DNA of 64,000 nt from the NCBI RefSeq assembly GCF_009914755.1, contig NC_060935.1; one strand, written 5' to 3'. The notes under the pieces were generated by a model, which was not told the DNA's origin, made no database searches, and was given only the letters and a program-made list of their open reading frames with translations. Source of the stretch: the human T2T-CHM13v2.0 reference genome, Homo sapiens. The first letter of the stretch is position 1, and every line of letters starts with the position of its first letter. Of the stretch, positions 13,501 through 26,600 are shown piece after piece. The translations under genes and the position numbers were made by a program.

Positions 13501-14692
13501 CCTGCCTCACCTCGGCATTTCCCACGGCAGTGATCCACCTGCCTCACCTCGGCATTTCCCACAACAGTGGTCCACCTGCCTCACCTCGGCATTTCCCATA
13601 GCAGTGATCCACCTGCCTCACCCCGGCATTTCCCACAACAGTGATCCACCTGCCTCACCTCGGCATTTCCCACAACAGTGATCCACCTACCTCACCTCGG
13701 CATTTCCCACAACAGTGGTCCACCTGCCTCACCTCGGCATTTCCCACAACAGTGGTCCACCTGCCTCACCTCGGCATTTCCCACAACAGTGGTCCACCTG
13801 CCTCACCTCGGCATTTCCCACAACAGTGGTCCACCTGCCTCACCTCGGCATTTCCCACAACAGTGGTCCACCTGCCTCACCTCGGCATTTCCCACAACAG
13901 TGATCCACCTGCCTCACCTCGGCATTTCCCACAACAGTGGTCCACCTGCCTCACCTCGGCATTTCCCACAACAGTGGTCCACCTGCCTCACCTCGGCATT
14001 TCCCACAGCAGTGATCCACCTGCCTCACCCCGGCATTTCCCACAACAGTGATCCACCTGCCTCACCTCGGCATTTCCCACAACAGTGATCCACCTACCTC
14101 ACCTCGGCATTTCCCACAACAGTGGTCCACCTGCCTCACCTCGGCATTTCCCACAACAGTGGTCCACCTGCCTCACCTCGGCATTTCCCATAGCAGTGAT
14201 CCACCTGTCTCACCTCGGCATTTCCCACAACAGTGGTCCACCTGCCTCACCTCGGCATTTCCCACAACAGTGGTCCACCTGCCTCACCTCGGCATTTCCC
14301 ACGTCAGTGACCCACCTGCCTCACCTCGGCATTTCCCACAACAGTGGTCCACCTGCCTCACCCCAGCATTTCCCACAACAGTGATCCACCTGCCTCACCT
14401 CGGCATTTCCCATGGCAGTGATCCACCTGCCTCACCCCAGCATTTCCCACAACAGTGGTCCACCTGCCTCACCTCGGCATTTCCCACAACAGTGGTCCAC
14501 CTGCCTCACCTTGGCATTTCCCACAACAGTGGTCCACCTGCCTCACCTCGGCATTTCCCACAACAGTGGTCCACCTGCCTCACCTCGGCATTTCCCACGG
14601 CAGTGGTCCACCTGCCTCACCTCGGCATTTCCCACGGCAGTGACCCACCTGTCACACCCCAGCATTTCCCACAGCAGTGCTCAACCTGTCTC
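10516..14692. repeat. 37-bp minisatellite/VNTR, ~113 units, consensus CAGTG(A/G)TCCACCTGCCTCACC(T/C)C(G/A)GCATTTCCCAC(AA/GG)
   Basis: Direct tandem periodicity of 37 bp over ~4.2 kb; copy number estimated as length/37. Confidence 0.98.
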
Positions 14693-17380
14693 CATAAAAA
14701 CCTTCCTTGATTTTGAGACTCTTAATGACACTCCAGTCCCTCACATCCTCTCTTTCAGTCAAAGCAATCCCAATATCTTTTAAAAACGTCTTGTACCATT
14801 ATTTCAGGCCACTTAGCCATCCGTTTGACCAACATAGATGATCCTGTAGCCACAGGAGAAGCCATCCTCAGGAGAAGAAGGCTTGCCAGGCCAGGCAGGG
14901 TTTCTCAGTGCTTGACCTGCCTGTGGGCCTCCACAGCAGGACAAACCTGGCCCAAAGCCCCTCCCGATGGAATCACCACCGTGCCAAAATGAAGAAGGAC
15001 AGTCCACTTTTGAGGCTGCCTCCTGAAGTAAAGGAGCATGTGTTCTCAGAGTCATCAAGTGCTGGAGGACCCAAAAGAGGAGTTCAATAGACACAGGCCC
15101 CATGCTTCCAAGGTAAAGCCTTCCAGGCTCACCGATGTTACCATCCAGAGCTGGCATCTCCACAGCCCTACACAGACACAGGATTTCTCAGAGCCATGGA
15201 GCACAACAGAAACACCAGCCATCTGTCTCTTGAAATTTTCAAGGAGGGGGTCCCACACAGCTTGGAAGACACGTTAAGGCACGTGTTGCGCTTACACCAT
15301 GTTGTGTGTGCAGAACGTTCGTGTCTTCCCTTGGATGATCCGAGTGTGAAACAGGCAGGTTCCCATCTACTGCCCCTCTTGATCTCAGCCAGGGGTCCCA
15401 GCAGTTCTGGAAGCCCACAGGAGTGAGATACGGCCTGCAAAACTGCTGAGGAGAGAGAGCAAATCCCAGCCGAGCAATGTTCCCAATTGCTCTGCGCCAA
15501 ATTCAGTTGAAATGAGACACTTTTCAAAAACAATTTCTGGGTAAGTGGTGGAGAAAATAAGAACACTGTGAACACATGGAGGAAAGAAAGGAGCAGCCAC
15601 CTGAGATCAGTGATGGCTCTTCATCCGTCAAGCAGAGCGAGCTGGGACGAAACGCGTTCCTCACACACCCTCACACAGAGGCATCGGCCGGGACAATGAC
15701 TTGTGTGGGTTGTCATGACAATGAAATTGAAACTGGGAAAACAATAGCCACTCAGCCAGCAACCTAACCTCTGAGCTGACCTGTCATTTCGATTGCAGCC
15801 GCCTGGGCCCTACATAGACATTGGGAGATGAACATCTCTCAGGGCAGGCTTTGATAACAGGTGGCTAAACATGAGGTTAGAAATCAACTGAATCTTTTTG
15901 CTCCTCCATAAGCCAAGCTAGGGAATTCAGCAGCATCCTCTATAAGGTCTCCAGAGCCTGTGGAGGGACAACAGAGCACAGAAAGTTAATGCAACGGACC
16001 CAAAGACACACAGCATGTCAGCAGAAAAGGCTAAGAATTGCTACCCCATCCTAAATTCAAAATCCCTTGGAAGTCATTGCCGGCTTACTGAGGGTAGCAC
16101 TTCTAAAGCTCAACAGGGCTTCCTGGCATTCCTCACCAAATGGACCAAGGCAAAATTTAATTATTGTCTCTGTTAGAACTTGAAAATCCCTTTGCAGTTC
16201 TAAGGCAAACGCAAATGCATTTTCTGCGGACTCTGTGCCACCCTCCCTTCCTTCTCTGGTTGCCTCAGACACATCTGCAGAAGCTGAGCACCAGGAAAGT
16301 GAATAGAATATGCCCCAAAGGGCTCAACTTGACTTTAAAAAATGGTATTATTATTTATATTTAATAGCAGCTTCAGAGAAAGCAGCAGATCCTAGGGCAT
16401 GGCAGAAATGTAAATGCTAACTGATTGTTATTCTTACAGAAACTTAGAATTCCAAAGTTTAATCATCCTCATTAGCATAATTTGGGCGACTTCAGTCCAT
16501 AACTTTACCCTGGAGTTGATTATTTATGGCGCCCTGAACAGAAGTCAAAAATTAACTTTGATTTAATGTAACAATTCCATCCCCAATATAATTCATAATG
16601 CAGATACATTTGTCAAAAATAAATCAGGCTGCTCACCCATCTCAGAACAGGAAACCAAGAAAGGAATAGAAAGAGACCCTAATCTTTTTCTGTAGTTGTT
16701 CTGGCTCTCCCTTCCCCTGCTGAAGTCTGCGCTTGCTCAGGGACTAGCTTTGGAGAAGACCTAGAGCTTCAGGGTGGAGAAAAATCTATGGATCAGGCAG
16801 ACAGGCCAGGAGGCAGTGGAGGTTCCCTCGGGATGAACATCTTGCATCTCCTGAGAGCTTTATCCAAGTAAGCAGCTTTCTAAAAAGACAGGATGAGAAA
16901 GTCATCCCAGGGAGCTCATCTGGCGGGAGGGTTGTGTGGAGAGCATAATGTAACCCCTTGCATGTGTTTGAAGTTCATCGATTTACAGTTTGCTTCCACC
17001 TGTAGTATTTCATTTACTCCTCACCACTTTAGGTAGGGCAGCTGGGAACTGAGGCCTGGGGAAGTTAAGCAACTTGTCTCTGTCCCACAGCTTGTAAAAG
17101 GCAGTGTTGACCCTGGGATCCTGGTCTCCTGGCTCCTCAGGCAGAGCTCTCGGGCTGTCTGCATGTGGAAGGAAAGGTGCTTGGGTATGCAGCCTGTCTC
17201 CTGGCCCAGGGAAGCAGAGCCCTTATGGACTCCATCAAGGGCTTGGGGTGACAGTGGGAGATGATGCTCCCAGAGCAGACAGGAGAAATTTTCAAGACAC
17301 TACTAGCTCACCAGTTTCCAAGAGCTCAGAAGCAGCATTTATTTCTTCTACAGGAAACACTTAGAAAATATAAGTCCTGG

Positions 17381-17758
<378 letters not shown>

Positions 17759-18799
17759 CTAGATGATGGGGTCAGAGTCATCCTAGGATTATGGTTAGAC
17801 TTATAGACTTACCCTACTATGAATATATTTGCCTCTGCAAGGTACCAAGTTCTCTACCAAGGAAGAAATCTCTTTCCGTGGACAGTACCAAGGAGCCAGA
17901 CGGGCACTTCTGTGGAGCTCTTCCTCCCTGCTAATTCTCTCTCTGGACTGCTGAAGCCGCCCAGACGTGCCAAGTTTTAGTGGCAACAGGTTTGCCTGCC
18001 AGTAACCAACATCCTCTACCTCTCCCCACAAGCACCTACAGGCTGACAATGCCAACTCTCCCTTTTCCATGCCAGGCAGAGCTGATGCTAGCTCACAACA
18101 GGCAGCAGAACCCTGTGCCAACAGCCAGAGTCTGGCCCAGTGGCTGGCAGGAAAGTGACCACATTCAGACTATGCCATTTGGCTCTTTGGCTTCTGCTCT
18201 GGAAAAAAAAAAAAACTGGCTGAGAAGAGGTAAAAGCTTTTGGCAAAATATAAAGTTCGCATTCTCTTGGTCTCAACTCAGCAGGGATAGTGATGGGTTG
18301 GCATGTCTTCTGTGTATATATGTGTGTATGTGCACACATGTACACACGTGCATCCTCACACTCAATCACGTATTTTTAACAGCTATAAAACTAAGACAGA
18401 ACCAGGCCAAAAGGCTCGTTGTGAAAGAGAAAGCACCCAGGGCCTTAGATAAAATTGTAACCAATCTTAGTTTGGGTCACCATGACATTAGAACAATGAA
18501 TTGATTCATTCAATTAGAACAATCAGTTGGTTCATCCAATTCAAACAACCACCTGATCTCACCAATGAAAAAAAAAAACAACAACAACAAGTCAGTTGTT
18601 AAAGCCTTTGTTGACCAAACACACAAGGAGTTGGCTGAATTGATGTTTTACCAACTAAAAGCTTGTGATGCTGTACAGACATGGCTTGTGGCTCACCCCT
18701 TCCTGGGTGTCACTTCACTGAAAGAAAGAATATGGCATTTTGGTCTCTTCTGATTCTATTTCTAGGTAAGTGATGTTAACTATAACAACAGCAATAACA

Positions 18800-19200
18800 A
18801 CAATGGGTACATGTGCACATGGGAATATCTGCTGTGAGCCAAGCACTCTACTGTGTCCTTCATATACTTTCAAATAATTCTCACAACAACCCTATGACAT
18901 CAATGTTGTTATTATCCTCCCGACTTTAAATATGAGAAAACTGAGGTTGAGAGCAGTTAAATAACTTGCCCAAGGTCATACAGCTAGTCAGTGATTGATC
19001 CAAGGCCCAGACCTGGGCCATTTTCCTCCTCTTTACATGTGTTCACATGTGTGCTGTTGTCTCCCCAACTAGAATGTAAGTTCCATGACAGAAGTGACCT
19101 TGTCTATATTGTTTGTTCTTGGATTCCCAGATTGAAAACAGTGCCAATAGACAGGCACAGAATAGACTCTCAGTAAATAACTATCGAATGAATGAATCAG
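18800..19200. mobile_element. MIR (~18800-19030) followed by an L2 3' end (~19040-19200)
   Basis: atgagaaaactgagg...taacttgcccaaggtcatacagct; ctagaatgtaagttccatga...gaatgaatgaat. Confidence 0.7.
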
Positions 19201-20439
19201 CCTCACCTCAACTGCGAGATGAAACCAAGCAGCTTCATATCCACCTCTGAAGTGAAGCCCCAATACAGACAGTATCCAAGGATGGGTAATGGGGTGTGGC
19301 CCTCCCAGAGAACAAGGATTGGGTGAGTCCTTGCTCTCTGCTGTTGGCAGGGACAGGTGGACAGACACTTCCCTGCCCCAATCAATGCAGGTTTCCATCA
19401 GTCATTTGTCTCCATGATAGGCCCCTGTGCTGGGAACACCCTGTGCCTCTCGTCACCCGGTATCATGGCACAGGCATCCATACTCCATCTTGCCAGGCAG
19501 CTTTCACAGGTGGGCAGCGGATGGCACTGGTGTTTTGGCAATCCAGCTGGACAAGTTTCTACCTGAACTTTGGCTCTGCCAGTGACTGGGTGGAGGAGCC
19601 AGAAAAAAGGTCTGGACAAAGGAAAGTGCCTTCTATTTCTGCTTCCCAACCCCACAGGGCCAGGAGGAAGGGATGATGTGCTGAGGATGGTGGGAAGCAC
19701 CACTGAGAACATACATTCTTTGAGCATTTAGGATCTCGGGTCTCCCATTCATCCTCTGGCTTTCAGACATACCTGCGCAGAACTCACCTGGGACAGGCCT
19801 GCTGACATGAAGCACCTCATATTGCATCTGATCCATCATGTTCAGAACTGCAATCCCTCTTTATGGGCAATGCCGTGAGAGTGGAGAAATTCAGCAGTCC
19901 GAGATTTGTCTCTAGGGCATAAGATGGAGCAAGCACCAATTCTCAACCTAGCCTCTCAGACAAATGTGTTGTTGCTACTGTTGTTTGCAAAGACCCTGGT
20001 CCTATTTATAAGCCTTGTTCTTTGCTCCTCCTAGGGACATGAGAAACTGTACAAATAAGAAGGCAGGTTTAACCCTTTCCTTGTTGTGGATAGACACTTG
20101 CCAGAGAAGTGTAGGAGTGAGTAGCTTGCAAGATTAATACCTCAGGCTTGCAAAATGCATTCTGTTTGCCAAAGCATTTTCTCATTTCAGCCTTATGACT
20201 GTAAGATAAGGGATACTTTTTTAAGTTCATATTACAGATGAGAAAACAAAGGCTGAGCCAAGGCCTCAAAGATCATTCTAGGCCACCTTCCCTCTCCTTC
20301 TACCCAGGTTCCAGGCCCGTGGAGAGCAGGAGAAGAGAAAGAGTGGTGCTAACAGGCCACCTTGATAGAGCACTGTTCCTTGGTGAAAGGTCACCTGTCC
20401 CTGAACCTGCTCTGTGAGGGCTGCGCCAGGCAAAGCGCT

Positions 20440-20878
20440 TGCAGTGGTGAATTTTATGTCAACTCTACTCAGCCACAAGGTGCTCAGACTTTTGGTCAAT
20501 AATTACTCTGTGTGTCTGCAAGAGTGTTTCTCAATGAGATTAACATTCGAATCGCTGCTAAAGAAGGCACATGGCCCTCCCTAATCTAGGTGGCCCTTAT
20601 CCAATCGGTTGAAGTCCTGAATAGAACAAAAATGCTGACCCTCCCAAAATTAAGAGGGAATTCCTCCTGCCTGACTGTCTTCAAGCTGGGACATTGGTAG
20701 TTTCTTCACTTGAACTGGAACGTCACCTTTTCCTGGTCTTGAGCCTGCTGGCTGCAGATCTTGGGATTTGTTGACCCCCAAAATTGCATGAGCTAATTCC
20801 TTAAATAAATCTTTCTTAATACATATATATACACACATCCCATTGGTTCTGTTTCTCCAGAGAGCCTTGACTAATACA
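20440..20878 (+). mobile_element. Solo LTR, MLT2-family (ERVL)
   Basis: Starts tg..gtggtgaattttatgtcaact and ends ttctgtttctccagagagccttgactaataca, characteristic of MLT2 termini. Confidence 0.8.
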
Positions 20879-21553
20879 GGGCCCCAGAGGCTCTGAGCAG
20901 GAGACGAGCTGGGAAACTGGCTGAGAAGGCTGGCCTCCTCCCACCCCGGCACCAATAGAGAAAGAAAGTGTTTCCTGCTCTTCCACATATGCTCCTCTCT
21001 ATAAGCTGCCCTTCCTTCCCCAAAGCATTTCTTCAAAAATATTTATTGACACCCAGCATGTGCCAGGCTTTTGGTGTATGGGTGTATCAGGGAACGAAAT
21101 AGACCAAAATCCTTGCCCTCATGGAGCTCAGATTCCATTGCAAAGATAATAAGAAAATTAGTCTATTACGAGGCGAGAAAGACTAAGAACAAACAGAAAG
21201 TAGATCAGCATTGGGTGATTAGGTGCGTTGGAGTGGGGGAATAGTGTTGAAGGGAATTGAGGACAGGCCTCTGTAGGGAGGTGAGATTTGCATGAAGATT
21301 TGAAGGAGGTGAGGGAATGAGCCAAGCAGGTATTTGGGTGAAGATTAACCCAAACTGAGGGCATAACCAGAGCAAAGGCTCTGAGAAGGGAGATGCCTGG
21401 AACTGCAGAGGCCAGTGTGGCTGGTGCAGAGAGGGAGCAGAGGGAAGGGCAGAGCCCTAAGACATGGGAATGAGGTAGCCCGAGGCCTGAGAGGACACCC
21501 AGCGGGGGGCTTTTGCAGGGTTTCTGGCTGAGGAGTAGCACAATCTGATTTAG

Positions 21554-21864
21554 GTTTTTTGTTTTTTTTGTTTTGTTTTGTTTTTTTGAGACAGAGTCTT
21601 GTTCTGTCACCCAGGCTGGAGTGCAGTGTGTGGTCTCAATTCACTGCAAGCTCCGCCTCCTGGGTTCAATTGATTCTCCTGCCTCAGCCTCCTGAGTAGC
21701 TGGGACTACAGGTGTGTGCCACCATGCCCAGCTAATGTTTTGTATCTTTAGTAGAGACGGGGTTCGATGTTAGCCAGAATGGTCTTGATCTCCTGACCTC
21801 ATGATCTGCCCACCTCAGGCTCCCAAAGTGCTGGGATTACAGGCCTGAGCCACCGAGCCCGGCC
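21554..21864 (-). mobile_element. Alu (AluS/Y-like), antisense
   Basis: Reverse Alu; TSD tgatttaggtttt on both sides. Confidence 0.93.
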
Positions 21865-21894
21865 TGATTTAGGTTTTAAAAGGATCCCTCTGAA

Positions 21895-22084
21895 ATTGAG
21901 TGTGGTGGTGCACACCTGTGGTCTCAGCTACCCAGGAGGCCAAGGTAGGAGGATTGCTTAAGCCCAGGGGTAACAGTCTATGATGAGCCATGATTGTACC
22001 ACTGCACTCCAGCCTGGGCAACAGAGTGAGACCTCATCTCCAGTTTAAAAAAATAAACAATTTTTAAAATTAAAAAAAAAAAAA
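21895..22084 (+). mobile_element. Alu right monomer (FRAM/AluJ fragment)
   Basis: Single right arm with A tail; TSD aaaaggatccctctg at ~21878 and ~22081. Confidence 0.85.
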
Positions 22085-22851
22085 GGATCCCTCTGGGAGC
22101 ATGTGGAGAACACGTTGTAAAGCAGGCAAGAATAGAAGCAGGGAGGCCAGTTAGGAGGCTCTTGTCAAAATCCAGACCAGAGGCCTGGTGCCCCCACCCA
22201 AGGTGATGCCAGGGCTCAGACTCTGGATGGAGTCAAGCAAAGATGGAGACGCCCCAGAGCTTCGCAGACAAGTTCCAGGGTTCTGGGCCCTTCTGCTCTC
22301 TGCCCAGGGAAGTGTCCTAAAGACACTTTCTTTGCTGGGACCCCAGGGGGAAATGCCTACTCGCAGCGAGGGATAGTCTTTGCTCTGGTGGGGGCTGGAA
22401 AGGATGATGAGAAGGACAAGTTCTAGCTCCTTCCCCAATATCTGGGTGAGCCATTAAGGGCTGATGACATCATATAAGTCCTAGAGCTGAAGCAGGGGCT
22501 CAAGAGGAAAAAGATAATGGTCTCTCCCATGAGTACAGTCGGTGGTGTGCTGGCAAATCTTTAACAGCTGGCTCTCTGGGAAAAACGTGAATGTATGTGT
22601 GTAATTTTACAGGTCTAAAGAATGTGTGGCATATATCTTACAAATAATAATAAAATATATATGATCCTTTATCATAAATTCCATATAAACAACTGATTCT
22701 CACAGAATGCTTTAGTTGATTTTTGCAGAACTCCTGTATTTGCAGCCAGCCTATGATCGCAATTGACAAGCCAGTGTAATACCCACAGGAATGTTGGTTG
22801 ATATTTTCATTTACATTAATGGGTTTTAAAAAAAAAAAAAAAAGTGAAATG

Positions 22852-23200
<349 letters not shown>

Positions 23201-23243
23201 TCATCAACGATGTGAATGACTTCTTTGTGGCATCAGATATTAG

Positions 23244-23649
<406 letters not shown>

Positions 23650-26600
23650 CCTCCATCGCTTTTTAAAGTCTGGATAAAGAACAGAACAATGAATGAAACC
23701 CTGATTTAGAGTCTTTGTCAATTCCATATTGTGAATATTCCCACCCTGGCTCATTTCAAGCTGACATCATTGCGTGTGGCACTGGGAAGAGATGCTTGCT
23801 GGCGTGGCATCGTACAGCCTCTCCACCAGACAGATACCAGAGATGGAAATAATCTCAAGCCTAGATAGTAAAATGTAGTAAAATAATTAGGAAGTAATGA
23901 GTTTTGAGTATTTATTACCTTGATGTTTAATATAACTTATTTAATTGTAGTTTATATAATGTAATTTCTAATAATGGCTATGTTTATCAACCAGCTCACA
24001 AAATCACTGAAGGTTTAATGCTCGACTCTCGTGAGCCCATAAATGCCAGCTCTAACACCACCCTGACGAGTACAGTGCCTTCATGGAAATTACCCATCTT
24101 CCTCACTCAGAGATCAGGAAGCTACCTCTACCAAAAAATGGGGAAACCGAGGCTCAGAGGGGTGAGATGAGATGCCCAAGGCACTGGTAGCTGCTGTCCT
24201 AGAGCAAGAGTGGCCTTAAGATATGGGTATGGGGTGAGGGAGGGCGTGGTGGAAATCCAGGAGAGCCAGAGGAAGCAGCTTCATATGGGGGCAGTGAGGG
24301 TTGATGGGGATTCCTGAGTGCAAGGTGCACCCCTTCCCAGGCCCACATCACCAACCTGGTTCCCCACAGCCTGCCTGGGCCAGCCTCTCAGAACAGGATC
24401 TTGGTGGATCATTATGGAGAAGCAGCCTCACCCATGTTTCATAGGCTGTGGTTGATTAACAAATTAGCTGTAAATCACACGCCAATCAACGTAAATAACA
24501 AGTTTGTCTACAGGATGGAAAATCTGCCAGTGCCAGCCTCCTCAGCTGGGCTTGTCAGAGTCAGCACAGGAGGATCCGGCCTTGGAGAGTCAGGTGGCCC
24601 CACTGGCCCAGTGCCCTAGTGTCTCATTGTCCCTGAATTTAGGGAAAGGCCAAAAGAGGGGTTGAGAGGCTGCAACTGGTGACCCAAAGATCACAGCTGC
24701 CCCTTCCATTCTGTACCTGCTCTCCCTTGGAGCACCTTAAATCTCAGAGTCCTGTTTCAGCTCCCCCAAGTTCCTTCTGTACCCACCAGTGCCTCCAAAG
24801 TACCCACTTGACACTCTGGTCCCAGAAATGAGAGTTAGATAGTGATTTCAGGTCCTCGCCAGCCTCCCCAGGCCACGCAGGTCCTGGGTGCAGAGGGAGG
24901 AGCAGCCCATGGCCCTGAGCAGCCAGGGAGGGAGGCTGAGCAGTGGCCTTGAGTGTGGTCACTCTGAATTTGGCCCACCCCAGAAGCCGAGGGCAGAGCA
25001 GCCTCCTGGGATTCTGGATGCTGGAAGGGGTGAGGAAGGAGGGGAAGCATAGCCAGCAACTGGCCAGAGAATGACCCACACACCAGCTTCTGTGCCAGGA
25101 GGGTACTGTGTTACCTTGGGCAAGTTAAACAGCCTCTCTGAGTTTCCATTTTATGCATGTTCAAAAATGAGTTAGCAATACAACAAATCCTTGGCTTTCA
25201 CAAATTTCATGTTCAACTGTGTGGTTTTCACTATTTGGTGACATGCTGTTTGCCTGGGCGGTGCCCACTCACAGGCTCTGTTTAACGCCTCCCCAGAAGC
25301 CCTTGGTCTGACACCTTACCAGCCCGGATCAAAGCTCAGGAAGGAGGCTCCGATGTCTGCTCCTGCCCTCCTGGCCCTGGCACACTCCCCCCGAATTTCC
25401 TTCCCAGTAGGACTTGAAATCTGAGATGCTGTGGCAAAGCACCAGGATCTCTGTGAAGGGGTCTGCATGGCCCTGAGGGGACAGCTCTGCCCACAGCCCT
25501 GGTGCTGGGCTTTAATGATCCTGGGTGTGGGACACACATGTGGGCCTGGGCATTCCGCAGACCTAGGCTCAAATGCAGTTTCTGCCACACACAGGTTACA
25601 TGAATGCAAAGAGGTGACTTGGCCTTTCTGCCTCAGGTACCCTTTTGACTCTTTCCAGAAAGAGGACCTGAAGGGCCTCAGGGCTGATGGCCTGGGACAA
25701 AGGACAGGGACTCCTCCCTCCCCGCTTTCCCCCATGGGCCTCCCGCTTCAAATTCCCCAGCCGCTCTTGACAGCTCAGTGTGAGCTCCTCAGCCCCAGAA
25801 AGGAGCTGAAATTAGGCTCCGATCAGACTAGGGGCAACCAGGGAAGACAGAGCTGTGGGAGGTGAGTGGCAGCACAGGAGACACGGGGAGAAGGCAGATA
25901 AGGGGGGTGGAGACAGAGCGGGAAGGTGGGAGCGGGGAGCGCTGACACAGCACTCACTGCAGATTCCTGCCATAAATCACTCTCAGGGCGGCCTGGGAGC
26001 CCTCGCAGCAGGAGGGGGAAGGCTCCAACCCCGGATTCTAAGCCCAGAACATCACCCTAGAGGGCTGGGGAACTCTGGGCATCCCTTTGCTCATACTGGA
26101 AGCCTGTTTACCCTACTGCAAAATAGGGAGCACTATCCCCTGCTTTTGGGCCCTGTGCAGAGACCAATTATGTCTCAATGCCAGGGGCATTGACGTCCCC
26201 ATGCAGAGGTGCATGGATTAGGAATAGGATCATTATTAAGTAATTATCGTTCCTAACGGTTTTAACAACAAAAATCACACAGAGCCAGAAACATGCCTGC
26301 TCTGGGGCATGGTGTAATAACTCACATTTATGTGGCGCCTCGCAGCATGAAAACCATGGTCATATATTTTTCTCATTTGATTCCCACAACGCAGCAGTGC
26401 AGGTAAGGCAAAGATTTTTCTCCGTGTTTGTTTTACAAACCAGGAATTTCAGGTTCAAAGAGTAAAGGGTCCCCCTGCTCCCCAGGCCATAGAACCGGCT
26501 AGTGGGAAGGAGCAGGAACTTGAGCTCAAGTGTTGTGATTCCAGACACTACCTGTTGCCTTCCCATTACCCCTTCCTGAAGGGCCTGGGAATGGAGCTGA

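Larger units (their letters stand above)
21040..22220. mobile_element. L2 fragment interrupted by an Alu and an Alu monomer
   Basis: L2-like text continues on both sides of the inserts (tgatttagg...aggatccctctgg...ggaggccagttaggaggct). Confidence 0.65.

Noticed and set aside
12605-13681. 358-aa ORF (and overlapping ORFs) with repeated HLPHLGISHNS/PPASPRHFPQQ
   Set aside because: By-product of a 37-bp unit cycling through three frames once the TGA is mutated; GTG start, no promoter or splice context
10516-14692. CRISPR-like regular array
   Set aside because: Units are directly adjacent with no unique spacers, there are no cas genes and the DNA is human; it is a minisatellite
10516-14692. PRDM9 13-mer hotspot motif or Chi-like core in the VNTR unit
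   Set aside because: CCACCTGCCTCAC does not fit CCNCCNTNNCCNC; GGCAGGTGG is only loosely Chi-like
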